Part shown: one piece after another, positions 47,301 to 61,217 of the stretch
How the letters are laid out: every line of letters begins with the position of its first letter
Position numbering within the stretch: position 1 is the stretch's first letter
From: Zootoca vivipara
Lineage: Eukaryota
Assembly: GCF_963506605.1 (NCBI RefSeq)
Contig: NC_083292.1
Coordinates: 23,560,001 to 23,624,000, forward strand
Length of the DNA: 64,000 nt
Direction of reading: 5' to 3'
Program-made: the position numbers and the translations under genes
The notes under the pieces: model-generated
What the model saw: the letters and a program-made list of their open reading frames with translations, nothing else
What the model was told of the DNA's origin: nothing
Databases searched by the model: none

Positions 47301-49240
47301 ATTCTAAATAGGCTAGAGTAAAACCTAAGGTTATTTCCTAGAGTACAGCTATTGTTAGTGTTTTGCCCTGAGACCCATTTTGTAATGACTGACAGTTTTA
47401 AAAGTAAGTGAATCAAAACTGAAAGGATGGTAATTCAAGAGAGAGTCTGGTACAGTGGCTAGAGCGGGCACGAGGACCCTGTGGCCTACAACTCCCATCA
47501 TTCCTAACCATTGGTCATTCTGGCTGAAGGGGCTCCTGGGCAATCAGGTACTCCCATCTCTGCCTAGAGCGTCCATCTATGAAGACTAGGAAAGTGAGAT
47601 TTGTGCAGGATAAGGCTATGTCCTCTGCAGTGTTAGAAACTCAGATATATAAGCTTATTGCTAAATGGCACCTAGGTTACAGTTGCCACAATGGAATGTC
47701 TAGGTGCCTTTCCCCCCAATGATATATTATTAGCATCATTATCATCATCATTTCTATACTGCTTTATATTTTAAAGAAGACATCTCGAAACGGATTACAA
47801 CACATTAAAACATGAAATAAAACTATCCAGAATAAAACAGACCCAAGCTTCAAGGAAAATATTTCAGATCCTTCTCTTAAGTGACATTTTGCTTTCCCCA
47901 GTCGCCAACCTGGCATCCACAAATCTCCACATGGTCACAATTGGACCGTTGCAAAACGCGCCTGGCGCCTAGCTAATTTCTAACACTGGTCTGCTGCTGG
48001 AGGCAGTATGCCTCCGGCTGTCAGTTGTCAGGAATCGCAAGTGGGGAAGGGTGCTTTTGCCCTCGGGTCCTGCTTGCAGACTTCCCATTGGGGAATCCGG
48101 GTGGTCACTGTGATGAGAGGAGGCTGGGCCAGACAGGACTCTTTCTATGTTGTACGGTTCGGTGCAACTTTCAGCTTTTCCTGTGTGTGAGGAGAATGAG
48201 GCTAAACAGTGACACGCCCCCCCCAGGTGGTTGTGAAAACAAACCCAACAAAGACTGCAAACCACCCTTGGAACTGCAATCCGCTTAATAGCACAGGCTA
48301 TTGTGCATGTGGGCATTGCGCCGCACCCAGAAGTTAATATAAAAATGGCAAAAATGTTCCTAGAAGAGCCCGGAAAGGGCAAAAAAAAGGCATGGAAACA
48401 GCACCTAGCAATCCCAGAAGCCTTTGCAAGTGCAATCGCAGGAGCCTTTGCGAACAACCTTTGAAGCCTGCAAGAGAGTTGGAGTTTGAGCAAGGAAGTT
48501 TGGAGGGAGTCTGGTTTTTTAAAAAAGGTTTTTTTCAGGGTTTTCCAGAGGTTGGGAGGTTCTTCGCAGGCTTTCCCAATGGTGTTTCAAATATGCGCAG
48601 TTTCACTTAAACGCAGCCCCCACATAAATTGGGTTGGTTGCCTGTAACCGCTAAATGTAACGAATGGGGAGTCAAGGAGAAGTGCGACTTGGCATGGCTT
48701 CAAAGCACGTGCTATGCATTCCTCCTCCAGCAGGGAGCAGCAGAAACACACAGCAGACTTTTCAAAATGCACCAACTCTCCCTGCAGGGAAACCCATACT
48801 GTACTGTACTAGAAACCCATTTTCAGTTTGCAGCAATTGTCTTCTGGCACCTTTTTTATTATTATTATTGCTTACTCTCTCTTTTTCTTTGTACGGGAGC
48901 CAGCCTGATAAAGAAGTCTAAACTTCCTGGCCTTTGATGTCCAATCGACCCTTGTGACTTTGAGGGCTTTTTGTTCTCCTCCTCCTCTGTGCTTAAACAA
49001 AACAAGAGCATTGTTGCCACCCTCCGGACCCCTTGCATTGGGGGCACACAGAGAAGGGCCTCCCAAGATGATCTCAAGGTCTGGGTGGGGGTCCCAAGGT
49101 TTGGGGCAGGAGGACTCTTTCCCAGATGTACCTGGAGGTGCCAAAGTATAAGCTCTGCCACAGAGCTTTGGTTGCTCCCTGAATTTGAAAGACACTGACT
49201 GTCTTGCTCCACAGTCTCACTAATACTAAGAATAAGAATA

Positions 49241-49885
49241 AGAAACTCCAGCGGGTGCAGAATGCCGCAGCGAGGCTCCTTACGGGGGTCCTGGCCGCAG
49301 GATCACATTCATCCAGTGCTTTACCAGCTGCACTGGCTCCCGGCGGAGTACAGGATCAGGTTTAAGGTGCTGGTTTTGACCTTTAAAGGCCTATGCGGCT
49401 TGGGACCCTCGCACCTACAGGACCGCCTCTCCTGGTACGCCCCGTGGAGGACCTTAAGGTCCACAAACAACAATATTCTGGAGATCCCGAGCCATAAGGT
49501 GGCTAGATTGGCCTCAACTAGGGCCAGGGCCTTTTCAGTATTGGTCCCAACTTGGTGGAATGCTCTTTCACAGGAGACCAGGGCCCTGCGGGATTTGACA
49601 TCTTTCCGCAGGGGCTGCAAGACGGAGCTGTTCCACCTGGCCTTTGGGTTGGATTCAGTCTGACCCCTGTGTTTTCCTCCCTCATGGTTTGGATTTATGG
49701 ACTACTTAAAATGAGGCTGCATTTTAAATTTTAATATTGTGTTTTAATCTGTATTTTAATTCATTGTTTTCTTTTCTTTTATGTCTTACTGTAATTTTAT
49801 TGGTGTTAGCCGCCCTGAGCCTGGTTTTGACTGAGGAGGGCGGGGTATAAATAAAAATTTAATATTATTATTTTAATTATTATTA
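49241..49885 (+). mobile_element. 5'-truncated copy of the L2 family found at 11674-15548
   Basis: Closely similar to 14903-15545 (HIHPVLYQLHWLP...CKTELF); (TTA)n tail. Confidence 0.9.
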
Positions 49886-50124
49886 TACCCCGCCCATCTG
49901 GCTGGGTTTCCCCAGCCACTGTGGCGGCTTCCAACAGAAGTATTAAAACACAGTATTACATACCTCAGAGGCAGAATGCCTCCAAATGCCCGTCACTGGA
50001 GAATACAACATGGGGGAGAGAGCAATTGTGGTCATGTCCTGCTTGCCGGGTGTCCCAGGCTGGCACTACGGGGAAGTGTTGCCGATTCTCCAGCTGAGCC
50101 CTCTCCGCTCTTTGTTTGTTTCAG

Positions 50125-50409
50125 GTGGGGCTCCGGCAACTGGACATGTCTCTGCTCTGCCAGCTGTGGTCCCTGTACGAGTCCATTCAGGAATACAAGG
50201 GCCTCTTCCAGGACATGTCTTCCTCGCTGCACTCGGAAGGCAGCCTGGCTGCTGAAAACGGCTTCTCGGATGAGGACGAGGACTTCGAGGTGGATCAGAT
50301 GAGCCCCGACGGGCACAAGGAAAACCCTCTGGGCCAGCGGCTCCGCCTGCTCCAGCCCCAGAACTCCCGGGATCAGTGGCTCCAGGACTCCTTCCACATC
50401 ACCATCTGA
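50125..50409 (+). CDS. FAM89B: FAM89B coding exon 2, ending at stop codon
   Basis: tttcag| VGLRQLDMSLLCQLWSLYESIQEYK...RDQWLQDSFHITI*. The C-terminus and the position between ZNRD2 and EHBP1L1 favour FAM89B over FAM89A. Confidence 0.9.
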   Translation: MGLRQLDMSLLCQLWSLYESIQEYKGLFQDMSSSLHSEGSLAAENGFSDEDEDFEVDQMSPDGHKENPLGQRLRLLQPQNSRDQWLQDSFHITI

Positions 50410-50907
50410 AGCCTCTGCCTCCGCTCCACACTTGCCTTCCCCCCCCCTTGTGTGTCAGCTGGCGAACCTGACTCCTGCATCTTTTGCAAAAGACGTTCAG
50501 GGTGGCAATGGAGGGGTTCAGTGAGAGGAGGGCTGTTCGCATCGGGCAGTTTACAGCTGGCTCCGTCATAATCAAACGACCCCTGAGGATAACTACCACC
50601 TTATGCTTTGCAATTAACCTGTGGGGGGGGTTAGCATTCAATCGCCGCCGGGATGTCACAGAGCAATCTTTCCAGAGAGAGAAAAAGAGGTTTGTGTGTG
50701 CAGCCAGTTCAGGAACAGAGTGCAATTCATTTTAGTCCTCTGGGCAAATGGCGGACTTGGGGCTTTCAGATTTCAGCGGCGCCCCGTGCAACGCCGAAAT
50801 CCGCCTCTTGCCTTCTGTTCTAAGTCCTTGTTGCAGCATCCCCTCAGCTTGGCACCCGTTGCGGGTGAGCTGGCCGTGGTCCCCTAAATGCGCCTCCGCT
50901 CCAGGGC

Positions 50908-51180
50908 ATAGAACCACAGAATCGTAGAGTTAAGAGGGAACCCTGAGGGTCATCCAGTCCAGCCCCCTGCAATCTCGGCTGAAGCATCCATGACCCTCCG
51001 ACCTCTGCTTAAAAACCTCCAAGGAAGGAGAGTCCACAACCTCCCGAGGGAGTCCGTTCCAGTGCCGAACAGCTCTTAACTGTCAGGAAGTCCTTCCTGG
51101 TGTTTAGTCGGAATCTCCTTTCTTGTAACTTGAAGCCATTGGTTCGGGTCCTGTGCTCCGGAGTAGGAGAAAACAGTGCC
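50908..51180 (-). mobile_element. CR1 3' fragment within the FAM89B 3' region
   Basis: Encodes RTRTNGFKLQERRFRLNTRKDFLTV on the minus strand. Confidence 0.75.
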
Positions 51181-51975
51181 TGCCTCCAGTCCAAAGGCAG
51201 CTGCCACCATCCTCTTCTCACTCAGAAAAAGGGGCTTATGGGACAGATGAGCCGCTGCAATCTTTAGGATGTAAGCATCTGGCTTCCCATTGGGGCCAAC
51301 CAGGTTCCTGGAGGAGGGATAGGGGAACCCTCTAGCCCTCCTTGGGCTACAGCCGCTGTCATCCGTGGCCACTAGCCCTGTGGCCTCTGAGAGCAGCGTT
51401 GGGGGGGGGGTGTCTCCAAGTTTCCCCACCCCAGCCTAGAAGAAACCTCCCAGCATTGCTGCCCAGCAGCGATTGATCTGACTCTGCAGCTGTGCCAGAA
51501 GGGAAAGTCTCTTGAGAGTCCTTCCATTTCAAAGAAAAGCTGCAGCTCTGTTCCATGTACATGGTGCTTGAGGCATAACTGAGGCCGTGGCCGTGGCTAC
51601 CTCACTGTTTGTTTCTGGGGAATGGCTCACACCTCAACTAGGCACTGTATTTTCCAGCTGAAAGAGACTTCTTGGGGATGGGGTAGCAGGATTTCCCTCG
51701 GCCACCTCCCTCGCTTAGTGTCCCCACGGCTGCCACCCCAAATCGGCTCTCTTTCTCTCTTTGGGAGATGAAGACTACACAGGGCAAGCGGCAGAGCTCA
51801 GCCCTTGAATTCAGGATGTCCCAGGTTCAGTCCCTAGCAGCGCTTCCCCAGGTAGGCAACAGCCCCTTCCTGAGACCACGGAGAACAACTGCCAGTCAGT
51901 GTAGACAGTACTGAGCTAGAGAGGGACCAAGGGTCTGATTCTGAATATAAGGCAGCTTCCTGTGTCTCTCTAGAG

Positions 51976-52521
51976 CAGTGTTTCCCAACCTTGGGTCTCC
52001 AACTGTTTTTGGACTACAACTCCCATCATCCCTAGTTAGCAAGACCAGTGGTCAGGGATGATGGGAATTGTAGTCTGAAAACAGCTGGAGACCCAAGGTT
52101 GGGAAACACTGCTCTAGATCAGGCATCCCCAGACTTCGGCCCTCCAGATGTTTTGGACTACAATTCCCATCTTCCCCAACCACCGGTCCACCGTCCCTCA
52201 GACCATGTGGGGCGCCGGACTATATTATTTGGGGTGGGGGTGGGGGTGGGAATGAATGAATTCCTATGCCCCACAAATAACCCAGAGATGCATTTCAAAT
52301 AAAAGGACACATTCTACTCATGTCAAAACACGCTGAATCCCAGACCGTCCTCGGGCCACATTGAGAAGGCGATTGGGCTGCATCCGGTCCCCGGGCCTTA
52401 GGTTGCCTACCCCTGCTTTCAGACTACAGCTCCCATCATTCCTAGCTAGCAGGACCAGTGGTCAGGGATGAAGGGAATTGTAGTCCGAAAACAGCTGGAG
52501 ACCCAAGGTTGGGAAACACTG
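51976..52521. mobile_element. Cluster of palindromic hAT MITEs
   Basis: MITE 51976-52111 (cagtgtttcccaacctt / aaggttgggaaacactg), second element 52120-52414, and a partial MITE to 52521; flanked by ctctagag / ctctagat / ctctagag. Confidence 0.8.
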
Positions 52522-52926
52522 CTCTAGAGGCTGAGCTCTGTCCCGGCCTCCACCCCATCCCCAGTCCTTTGGAAGCATCCCAAAACGGCGTAGCTGAATA
52601 GGAACTTGCTGTGCACGAAGAAGCTTACTTGCTAGATTTTTCTAGGCAGAGTTGCGTTTGCTGGATTAATTATTAGTGCCTCGGCCGCGTTACCTAAAAA
52701 GCGGCCTCTTTAAAATATTTAATTATATATGATTGTTCTGGGCTTTTTTGTTTTAATTTTAAGGCCTTGAAATACTAGGGTTGGGGCAGATCTCTGCTTC
52801 TCCCCCCATCCCGCACTATATAACTGGGTACAAATTTTGGACGGCTAAGTTAATATATTGTTTTGTTTATTTTTAACGGGGCATTTTTGCAACGGAGCCC
52901 ATTGCAACCGTGGCGTGAATCCAGGG

Positions 52927-52932
52927 AATAAA
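52927..52932 (+). terminator. Probable distal FAM89B poly(A) signal
   Basis: AATAAA after an AU-rich non-repeat block (52690-52920), followed by GT-rich sequence. Confidence 0.55.
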
Positions 52933-53043
52933 ATGACCTCGCAGAACCAGGTTCTTGTCTGTGTTTCATTCCAAGCTGGGGCAGGAGTGAGGATCCTGGT
53001 TTTGAACAACCTCTAAAGAGATCTCTTGCAGTTGATGATGGGC

Positions 53044-53820
53044 CATAGAATCATAGAGTTGGAAGAGACCACAAGGGCCATCCAGTCCAACCCCCTGCCA
53101 AGCAGGAAACACCACCAAAGCATTCTTGACATATGCCTGTCAAGCCTCTGCTTAAAGACCTCCAAAGGAGGAGACTCCACCACACTCCTTGGTAGCAAAT
53201 TCCACTGCCGAACAGCCCTTACTGTCAGGAAGTTCTTCCTAATGTTTAGGTGGAATCTTCTTTCTTGTAGTTTGAATCCATTGCTCTGTGTCCGCTTCTC
53301 TGGAGCAGCAGAAAACAACCTTTCTCCCTCCTCTATATAACACCCTTTATATATTTGAACATGGCTATCATATCACCCCTTAACCTTCTCTTCTCCAGGC
53401 TAAACATACCCAGCTCCCTAAGCCGTTCCTCATAAGGCATCGTTTCCAGGCCTTTGACCATTTTGGTTGCCCTCTTCTGGATACATCCCAGCTTGTCAGT
53501 ATCCTTCTTGAACTGTGGTGCCCAGAACTGGACACAGTACTCCAGGTGAGGTCTGACCAGAACGGAATACAGTGGTACTATTACTTCCCTTGATGTAGAT
53601 GCTATACTCCTATTGATGCAGCCCAGAATTGCATTGGCTTTTTTAGCTGCTGCATCACACTGTTGACTCATGTCAAGTTTGTGGTTTACCAAGACTCCTA
53701 GATCCTTTTCACATGCACTGCTCTCAAGCCAGGTGTCTCCCATCCTGTATATGTGCCTTTCATTTTTTTTTTGCCCAAGTTTTCCTTGTTAAAATTCATC
53801 TTGTTTGCTTTGGCCCAGTT
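53044..53820 (-). mobile_element. CR1 LINE ORF2 C-terminal fragment
   Basis: CEKDLGVLV...[12 protein letters not shown]...[15 protein letters not shown]...[21 protein letters not shown]; attctatg tail. Confidence 0.92.
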
Positions 53821-53858
53821 CCTTGCCTTGATGGAGGAGAGAGGGCTGTGTACTAGTC

Positions 53859-54360
53859 CAGGGTTTCCCAGACTTGGGTCTCCAGCTGTTCTTGAGACAT
53901 CATCCCTGACCACCGGTCCTGTAATAAAAATAAAAATAAATAAATAAATTCTTGAAGCTACGAACATGAGTTTGACCAAACTGCGGGAGGCAGTGCAAGA
54001 CAGGAGTGCCTGGCGTGCTATGGTCCATGGGGTCACGAAGAGTCGGACACGACTAAACGACTAAACAACAACAACAACAAAATAAATTTATTATTTATTA
54101 TTTATACCGTGCCCATCTGGCTGGGTTTCCCTAGCCACTCTGGGCGGCTCCCAACAAAATATTAATAATGCAATAAAACATCAAACATTAAAAACTTCCC
54201 TAAACATGGCTGCCTTCAGATGTCTACTTAAAGTCAGGTAGTTGTTTATTTCCTTGACATCTGATGGGAGGGTGCCACTACCGAGAAGGCCCCTTGCTAT
54301 CAAGGGATGATGGAAGTTGCAGTCCAAAAACAGCTGGGGACCCAAGTTTCGGAAACCCTG
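53859..54360. mobile_element. Nested stack: hAT MITE containing a LINE 3' end containing a BovB 3' end (53951-54079)
   Basis: MITE halves cagggtttccca... and ...ggaaaccctg; BovB TSD aaataaatt. Confidence 0.7.
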
Positions 54361-54926
54361 ATAGTCTAGTGTGCAAAGGTCCACATTTACATCCACTGCT
54401 CTGCCCACGTCTGCCTCGGACCCTGGCACGTGGCCCTCGGAAGGGAATGTGGCCCTCAGGCTGAGAAAAGGTTCCTCTAGCCCTGGCATGGAGGCAGAGC
54501 CTGGGAGGCAGGCTAGCAAAGGTGTCAGTGTCACACTGCGATGGGCATCGCCCCACATCACTTCCTGCAGCGCCACCACCGATGTCATTAAGAGACAGCT
54601 GCTTGCCTGGAAGCCAGACACGTCTTCTGGGAGCCTGACCACAGTAGGAAGCTGGAGGATCCTTGGGGTTTTTTTTCCTCTTGCCGAAGCCGGAAGGGTG
54701 ACTCATTGTTATTGTTATTTTAAAACTAAGTATAAAAAAATCCTAAATGGATGGCCACTTAGCTAAAAAAATTGAGAAACACTCAGCAGACTGGCAGGGA
54801 TGCCCTCTCCTCCTGCTACGATTTCAAACACTGCATGGCTCAGAATATTAAAGGATCCTGGTAGGTATGTTTGAGACTCTAGATGTGATGGTCTTATTCG
54901 CCACTTTATGGCAATGTGCGTTGCTT

Positions 54927-55277
54927 AAAGGTAAAGGGACCCCTGACCATTAGGTCCAGTCGTGACCGACTCTGGGGTTCCGGCGCTCATCTCGCGTTAT
55001 TGGCCGAGGGAACCGGCGTACAGCTTCCAGGTCATGTGGCCAGCATGACAAAGCCACTTCTGGCGAACCAGAGCAGCGCACGGAAACGCCGTTTACCTTC
55101 CCGCCGGAGTGGTACCTATTTATCTACTTGCACTTTGACGTGCTTTCGAACTGCTGGGTTGGCAGGAGCTGGGATCGAGCAACGGGAGCTCACCCCGTCA
55201 CGGGGATTCGAACCGCCGACCTTCTGATCGGCAAGCCCTAGACTCTGTGGTTTAACCCACAGTGCCACCCGCGCCCC
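54927..55277 (-). mobile_element. Full-length Sauria/Squam1 SINE
   Basis: Same family as above; TSD gtgcgttgctta / gtgtgttgctta. Confidence 0.9.
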
Positions 55278-58200
55278 GTGTGTTGCTTAGTTCATTTCAA
55301 AACGTTGCTAGGCTGCAATGGAGAGGGACTCCTGCTGCCCCCCAATTCCTGTTCCAATGGTACCACTACTGACCTCTGCCTTGATCCATAGTTTTTTTTG
55401 GGGGGGGGGAGTGGGTGGGATGGTTTATGCCGAGGGTAAGGATTCAACAGCATCTGACGGGCCACAGGTTCCCCCCTCCCCCGGGTTGTGCAGCCACTCT
55501 GCATATGGTCAGAGGCACCACCACTACTTCAAATATCAACCAAAACAGGCTCTGGGTGAAGTCTTGCAGATCTATTGCCCCAGTATTTGCTCTCTCACAC
55601 ACACCCCAGCGTATGTATCCCTTTCACGCTGAGGCAACCATTGTTCCCTGCTTCCTGTTTGTGAGGCTGCTGCTGGAATCTGTCTGGTTTTCAGATTGTC
55701 TCAATAATTGGGCTTCCCCAGCTCCTTGTTTCCGCCCATTCTTGACTCTGGCGTCGTGCCAGGGAATGTCTACCAAGTCTATACACAACTCCTCGGCAAA
55801 GTTGAGCTGCTTTTGTTTCCTTATACAACGAGGGCGGCAGAAAAGGAAAGCAAGATTGGGAGTGGGGGCAGATCCAAACCGTGCCTTTAAAACACATGGT
55901 CCCATCCCGCCCCCCTCCAAGAATCCTGGGAACTGTAGTTTGTTAAGGATGCTAGGAACTGTAGCCCCATAATTATTTGGGGAAAGTCATGCGCTTTAAA
56001 TGTGAGTTGGTTGTGCTTTTAAGAGTGTGTGAATCTGCCCAGTCTCTTGGAGTTACAAAGAACTCTTTCGCTGGGTTGGAACAAATGAACACAGTGCTCT
56101 GTGTTGCCTCAAAACCCTGCATGCGCCCAGGCTTTTGAGCATGGGTGACAGATGTCTAAACATTTAGATGCTGGCTCCCAGAAGTCTGAAATATTTTTCC
56201 AACACACACACACACACAGCTTCTGACTTTCCTATTTACATCTGCCACACTCTTCCAGGGACTGATGCACTTCCTTTAAATCAGGGGTTTGGAATATTCC
56301 TTTGGGCTGAGTTGTGAAACAGCTGCTGGTGCCACAACTGAGAGGGATCTCAGAAGTGGCTAGACTTGTGGGCCTCTCTGACTTTGTGTATCAGGATAAT
56401 CAGTTGTTCCAGGCATTTTGCAGTGCAGAAGAAAAAGAAGAAAGGCTCACTTCAAAGGTGAAGGAGGAAAGTTTCGAGGAGCTGCCTAGATTTCAGTTAT
56501 CTCACTTGATCTGGTGTTTAGGCTACAATACTATCTTCCATGATAAAAGCCTGCCAGCTCTCAGGCTTTCGAGCATGGATGGCAGCTGGATAGTCATTAG
56601 ATGCACTCAGGAAATGAACAAAATGTGGCAAGCAAAGGATCAGAAACGAGGAGAACTAAGGAACAAGAACACAGGCCAGCCTCTGGAATGAATGAGTGTT
56701 CTCTGCCCAGCCTTATGACCCATGACTTAATCTGTATTGGGTAACAATGTCCCATGTTGGAGGACTTGTCCCCTTCCCCTACTGCCTGAGAAAAGTCAGT
56801 GAGCTCCAACCCTGCCTTTGTGTAGAGCCGAACTTTGCCAACCTGGTGCCCTCCAGACTACAATTCTCAAAAGCCCCAGGCAGCATGGCAGAAGCTGCAG
56901 AGGGGGGTTACCAGTGAAGAGAAGAGGAGGACATTTTGCACATGCTTGTTGCTGGAACTGGAAAGAGATTCAGCGGTAAAACTCCAGCCCAAATTCAGCG
57001 CTTTCTGGGAATTGGTGTACTGAATAGAAACCATCCAACACGGTGGGAAGAGGAGATTCTAAGAGCAAGGCTACTTTACAGAATTGTGGGGTGGTTTTTT
57101 GTGTGCACACACAAACACACTTCTTTCATGGAGATAACAAAATACCATTGCACAAAACACTGCTGGGTGTTAACATTCACCACTTTACATAAAAAATAGT
57201 GAACAGGACATATTTGAAGTGGGCAAAAGGTAATTCTGAGCAATTCAAGGGCACGTACGGCTTTGGTGCTAGGACTCTCTCTCATCAAGTACAAAAAGAT
57301 CAACTCTGAAAACCTGGAGGAATCTGCTATCTAATCCTGCCCTCAGTAAAAAACCTCAATTGTAATACTTTGCATGCAGTTAAAGGACCCTGAGCATCCA
57401 CACACATTATCAGCAGAAGGAACATTATTGTTGACACCAGGAATGGCTGTTCTTGGTCCTCCCAATGTTCTTGGACTACAGCTCCCACCAGCCAACGTGG
57501 CCAATGGCCAAGAGATTATGGGAGTTGTAGTCAAGCAATATTTGGAGACCCACAGGTTAGCCACCCTTGGTCCACATTGACCAACAGTGGCACTCCAGAA
57601 TTTGGGACTGGAGTCGTTCGCAGATCCTACCTGGAAATGACAAGGATTGAAACTGGGACCTTTTGCACGCAGAACATATTCTCTGCTCCTGCACAATGGT
57701 CCCTCCCTGATTGCTAAATGCACCTTGTAAAATTGCAAATTGCTCTTCTGCTGTTCCTCTAAAAGGCACCTGAGGCTGGGGGCGAGTGACTTGCCCAAAG
57801 CCCCAAAGCCATGGTCCCAGAACCCAGTCCCAGGGCCACTCCATGCAGCTTTTAGAGAAGGTCTGGAGTTCCATGGTAGAGCATGTGCCTTGCAATTAGA
57901 AGGTCTCCGGTTCAGTCCTCAGCATGTCCAGATCAGGTCCTGACCGGAACCTTGGAGAGTTCCTGCCAGCCACTGTGGGCAATACTGGACTAGAAATGAC
58001 AAATGGAACTGACTCCGAAGAGGGAATATTCCTATGTTCATTTCAAATAGGACTTCAGGCTTTCCCAGCCAGCCTCTCTTGGCAATCCAATGCCGCCGCC
58101 TCCTGCTTCTTCGCCCAAATTGGCCTGCTCTGTCTGGGCAACTTTCTCAGAAACTTCAGCAGAAAACGAGGCGTCTCTAGATCCCTCTTTGCTATTCAGG

Positions 58201-59112
58201 CCCTGGGCCAAAGCCACCTGTAAGTCTTGCCCCAGGGGCAGCCGCACTCACCTGCTGCGTCAGGGTGAGCAGCTGGCTCTTGCCAGGCTGAGTCACAGGA
58301 AGGCTCTGTTTGCCCTGGGTGGGGCCCCGGAGAGGGCTGTCCCCCCCCCAAAGAACTCCCCACCTCTAGAGCTCTTGTACGCACTGAGAAAAGCAAGGAA
58401 CTCACTTTCCCAGCCACCAGGAACCTGTAGCTCTGCTCAGGCTTGCTCCCATGAGAACCACTTTTCCGCACCAGGCTTTCGGAGCATGCTTGCACTTTCC
58501 TGACTAGGCTTTGGAGCGAGGGATGCCAAATTGGTCAGGTAACTCCTTGGGCTGGAACAGCTTCTGTTAGCATGAAGGATGATGAAAGCTTTTGGCTTAC
58601 ACAGCATTCTTGACTTGAAGCTCGCATCCTGCACCACAGAGCTAAGCTCTGAGTGCTTAATTAAATGCTTGCCTTGGAACAGGTAGCAACAGATTCCAAA
58701 TGAGCCTTAAGGATTCTTTATTAATTCCAGCTGCTAACTGCCACCACCTTCCCAAGGAAGGGCTCAACCGTGGGTAACCATGCTAAAAACCGGAAAACAC
58801 GCTCTGCCGGCAGATTATGTCATTTTGGTGTGATGTCATGGACAAAGGACCTGGGTGGATTCAGACAAATTCCTCCTGAGTCATGAAGTTTGCTTGTGTG
58901 GGCTTGGACAAGCCACTGTTTCTCAGCGTAGCCTACCTTGCAGAGTTGTTGTGAAGTAAACAATGAGACAATCATCTGAATTTGTTAGAGGAAAGGTGTG
59001 GTGCAAATATGATAAATAATAATAGCCTTCCTGTTCGCAGCTACCCCATAAGCACCTAGTGTATCAGGGCAGTGGCCCATTTGGTCTGGCATCCTGTTTG
59101 CAAAGGGCCTGT

Positions 59113-59434
59113 GGGAAGCCACATGATGGAGTGAGCTTCCGTTGCTCTGTCCCAGCTCCTGCCAACCTAGCAGTTCGAAAGCATACCAGTGCAAGTAGAT
59201 AAATAGGTACCACTGCGGCAGGAAGGTAAATGGCATTTCCATGTGCTCTGGCACTCATCACAGTGTCCCGTTGCGGCAGAAGCGGTTTAGTCATGCTGGC
59301 CACATGACCCGGAAAGCCGTCCGTGGACAAACGCCGGCTCCTTCGGCCTGAAAGCGGAGGTGAGCACCGCACCCCATAGTCGAATTCAGCTGGGCTTAAC
59401 CATCCAGGGATCATTTACCTTTACCTTTTACCTT
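59113..59434 (+). mobile_element. Sauria SINE, different subfamily, 5'-truncated
   Basis: gtgagcttccgttgctct...gcagttcgaaagca...tttacctttaccttt, with an internal insertion relative to the other copies. Confidence 0.8.
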
Positions 59435-61217
59435 CAGAAGCATGCTGCCTCCAGCAGTGGAGGTAGGACAAAGCCATAATGAATAGCAGATTTGATAACC
59501 TTAGAGACCTTCCAAGTGCCCCTATTTTCCAGGGACAGTCCCGGTTTTACAGAAGCCATCCCAGTTTCTGATTTGATCCTGGAATGTCCTGCTTTTCCTT
59601 AGGACGTCCCTATTTTCATTGTAGAAATGTTGGATGGTATGGAGTTATACGACCCCCCCGAGCCAATGAGATTAGTAACAATACGTACAACCTTTAGAAG
59701 ACATCTGAAGGCAGCCATGCCTACTCTTGGGAAGATTTTTAATGTTTTCTTACGCTTTTATATATGTTGGAAGCTGCCCAGAGTGACTGGGGCAACTCAG
59801 TAAGACGGGCAGGGTACAAATAATAAAATTATTAGCCCCTATTATCATTGGAGAAATGTTGGAGGGTATGACCTTACACTCTATGGGACCGGAGGCAAAA
59901 GTGAGCCGAGCATCATTGCAAATGTTACCTTTGTACAGTAGGCTAGTTTCCTACACACAACCACACAACCTTCTCTGCCCTCCATCAAGGCAAGCAAGAG
60001 GCATGATTGGAGTTCAGGGACATGTAAGCCAGGCAAAAACTCTCAAGGTACAAAGCCAGGGAGGTTTGGGGACTTGGGAGAGTCAGAAGGCCACATGGAA
60101 AGGCATGGAGGACCACATTTGGCCTGAGGTTCCCCACCACTGAATTGCAGACTTTAACACACAAACACACACCACCCTTTTAAAAGTTTGCAATTGTGCA
60201 ATAGTACCTAATGTTAAAAAAGCACTTCAGTGCAAATTTAAAAACTGGGGTGATTTTAAAAGAACATGCTCAGGTGCATTGCTACTCCGCCACCATTATT
60301 ATGGCAAATCACTAGTGTGGGTGGAACCATAACAGGATATGCACAAACACACACACACACACCCCAACGTGAAAAGTCACTTGCAGTTCTGTGTGTTGCT
60401 TACACACAGCTGTGATCGCGTGGGGATAGGTGAGCACCCCGTTTTAAGCCAACCCTTCTTTTGAAGGGTGTCACATTATTTAGGCTTTTACACGAGCCTC
60501 GTCCCTCCCACTTGCCCTTCCGGAGCCTCTGGGACAGATTCTGTCCCTCGGTTGCTAAATTTGGGGTTGGTGAATTTCCATGACGAACCCGTCCCACCCA
60601 GGATGATGCCAGGATCAGTTTGGGATCAGTTTACGGGTTGCTTATTTATACCCTCTGAGGCAGAAAGCAAATATGTGAAAAGCCAAAGAAGCAGAGGGAG
60701 GGAGGGAAGGAAGGGATAGAGGGAGAGATGGCAGGTGAGGAAGGGAGGGCTGAGGAGTGTGATGAAGGCTCAGAATTTGAGGTGAAAGATTCGGAGGCTT
60801 GGAATTAGGGGCTTGAAGCTGGCAACAAAACTTCAAAGCTTGTCTGCTCGGGAGGATCCTTACTTTGTTTTTGTTTGGTTTTTTTTTAAAAAAAACTATC
60901 CTGTCATACATTCTGGCTTGCAATATGGTGAGGAAGGGGTGGATATTATTATTCCCATTCCCTCTCCAAACCCTCCAGGGATGACAGTGAGAATGTTACT
61001 GCTTATTAATTAATGCCATTGATAGCCTGTTTTTCCTCCAAATAGCTCAAGGGGGCGCACACAGCCCCCTCTCATTTTTTCCACACAGCAACCTTGCGAG
61101 GTAGGTTAGATTTTGTGTGTGTGTGTGCGTGAAAGTGACTAGCACAACCCAAGGTCATCTGTCTATCATCTGCTGTGGAAGAGCAGCCCCAGTGGTGAGG
61201 AGAAAATGAATGGATGT

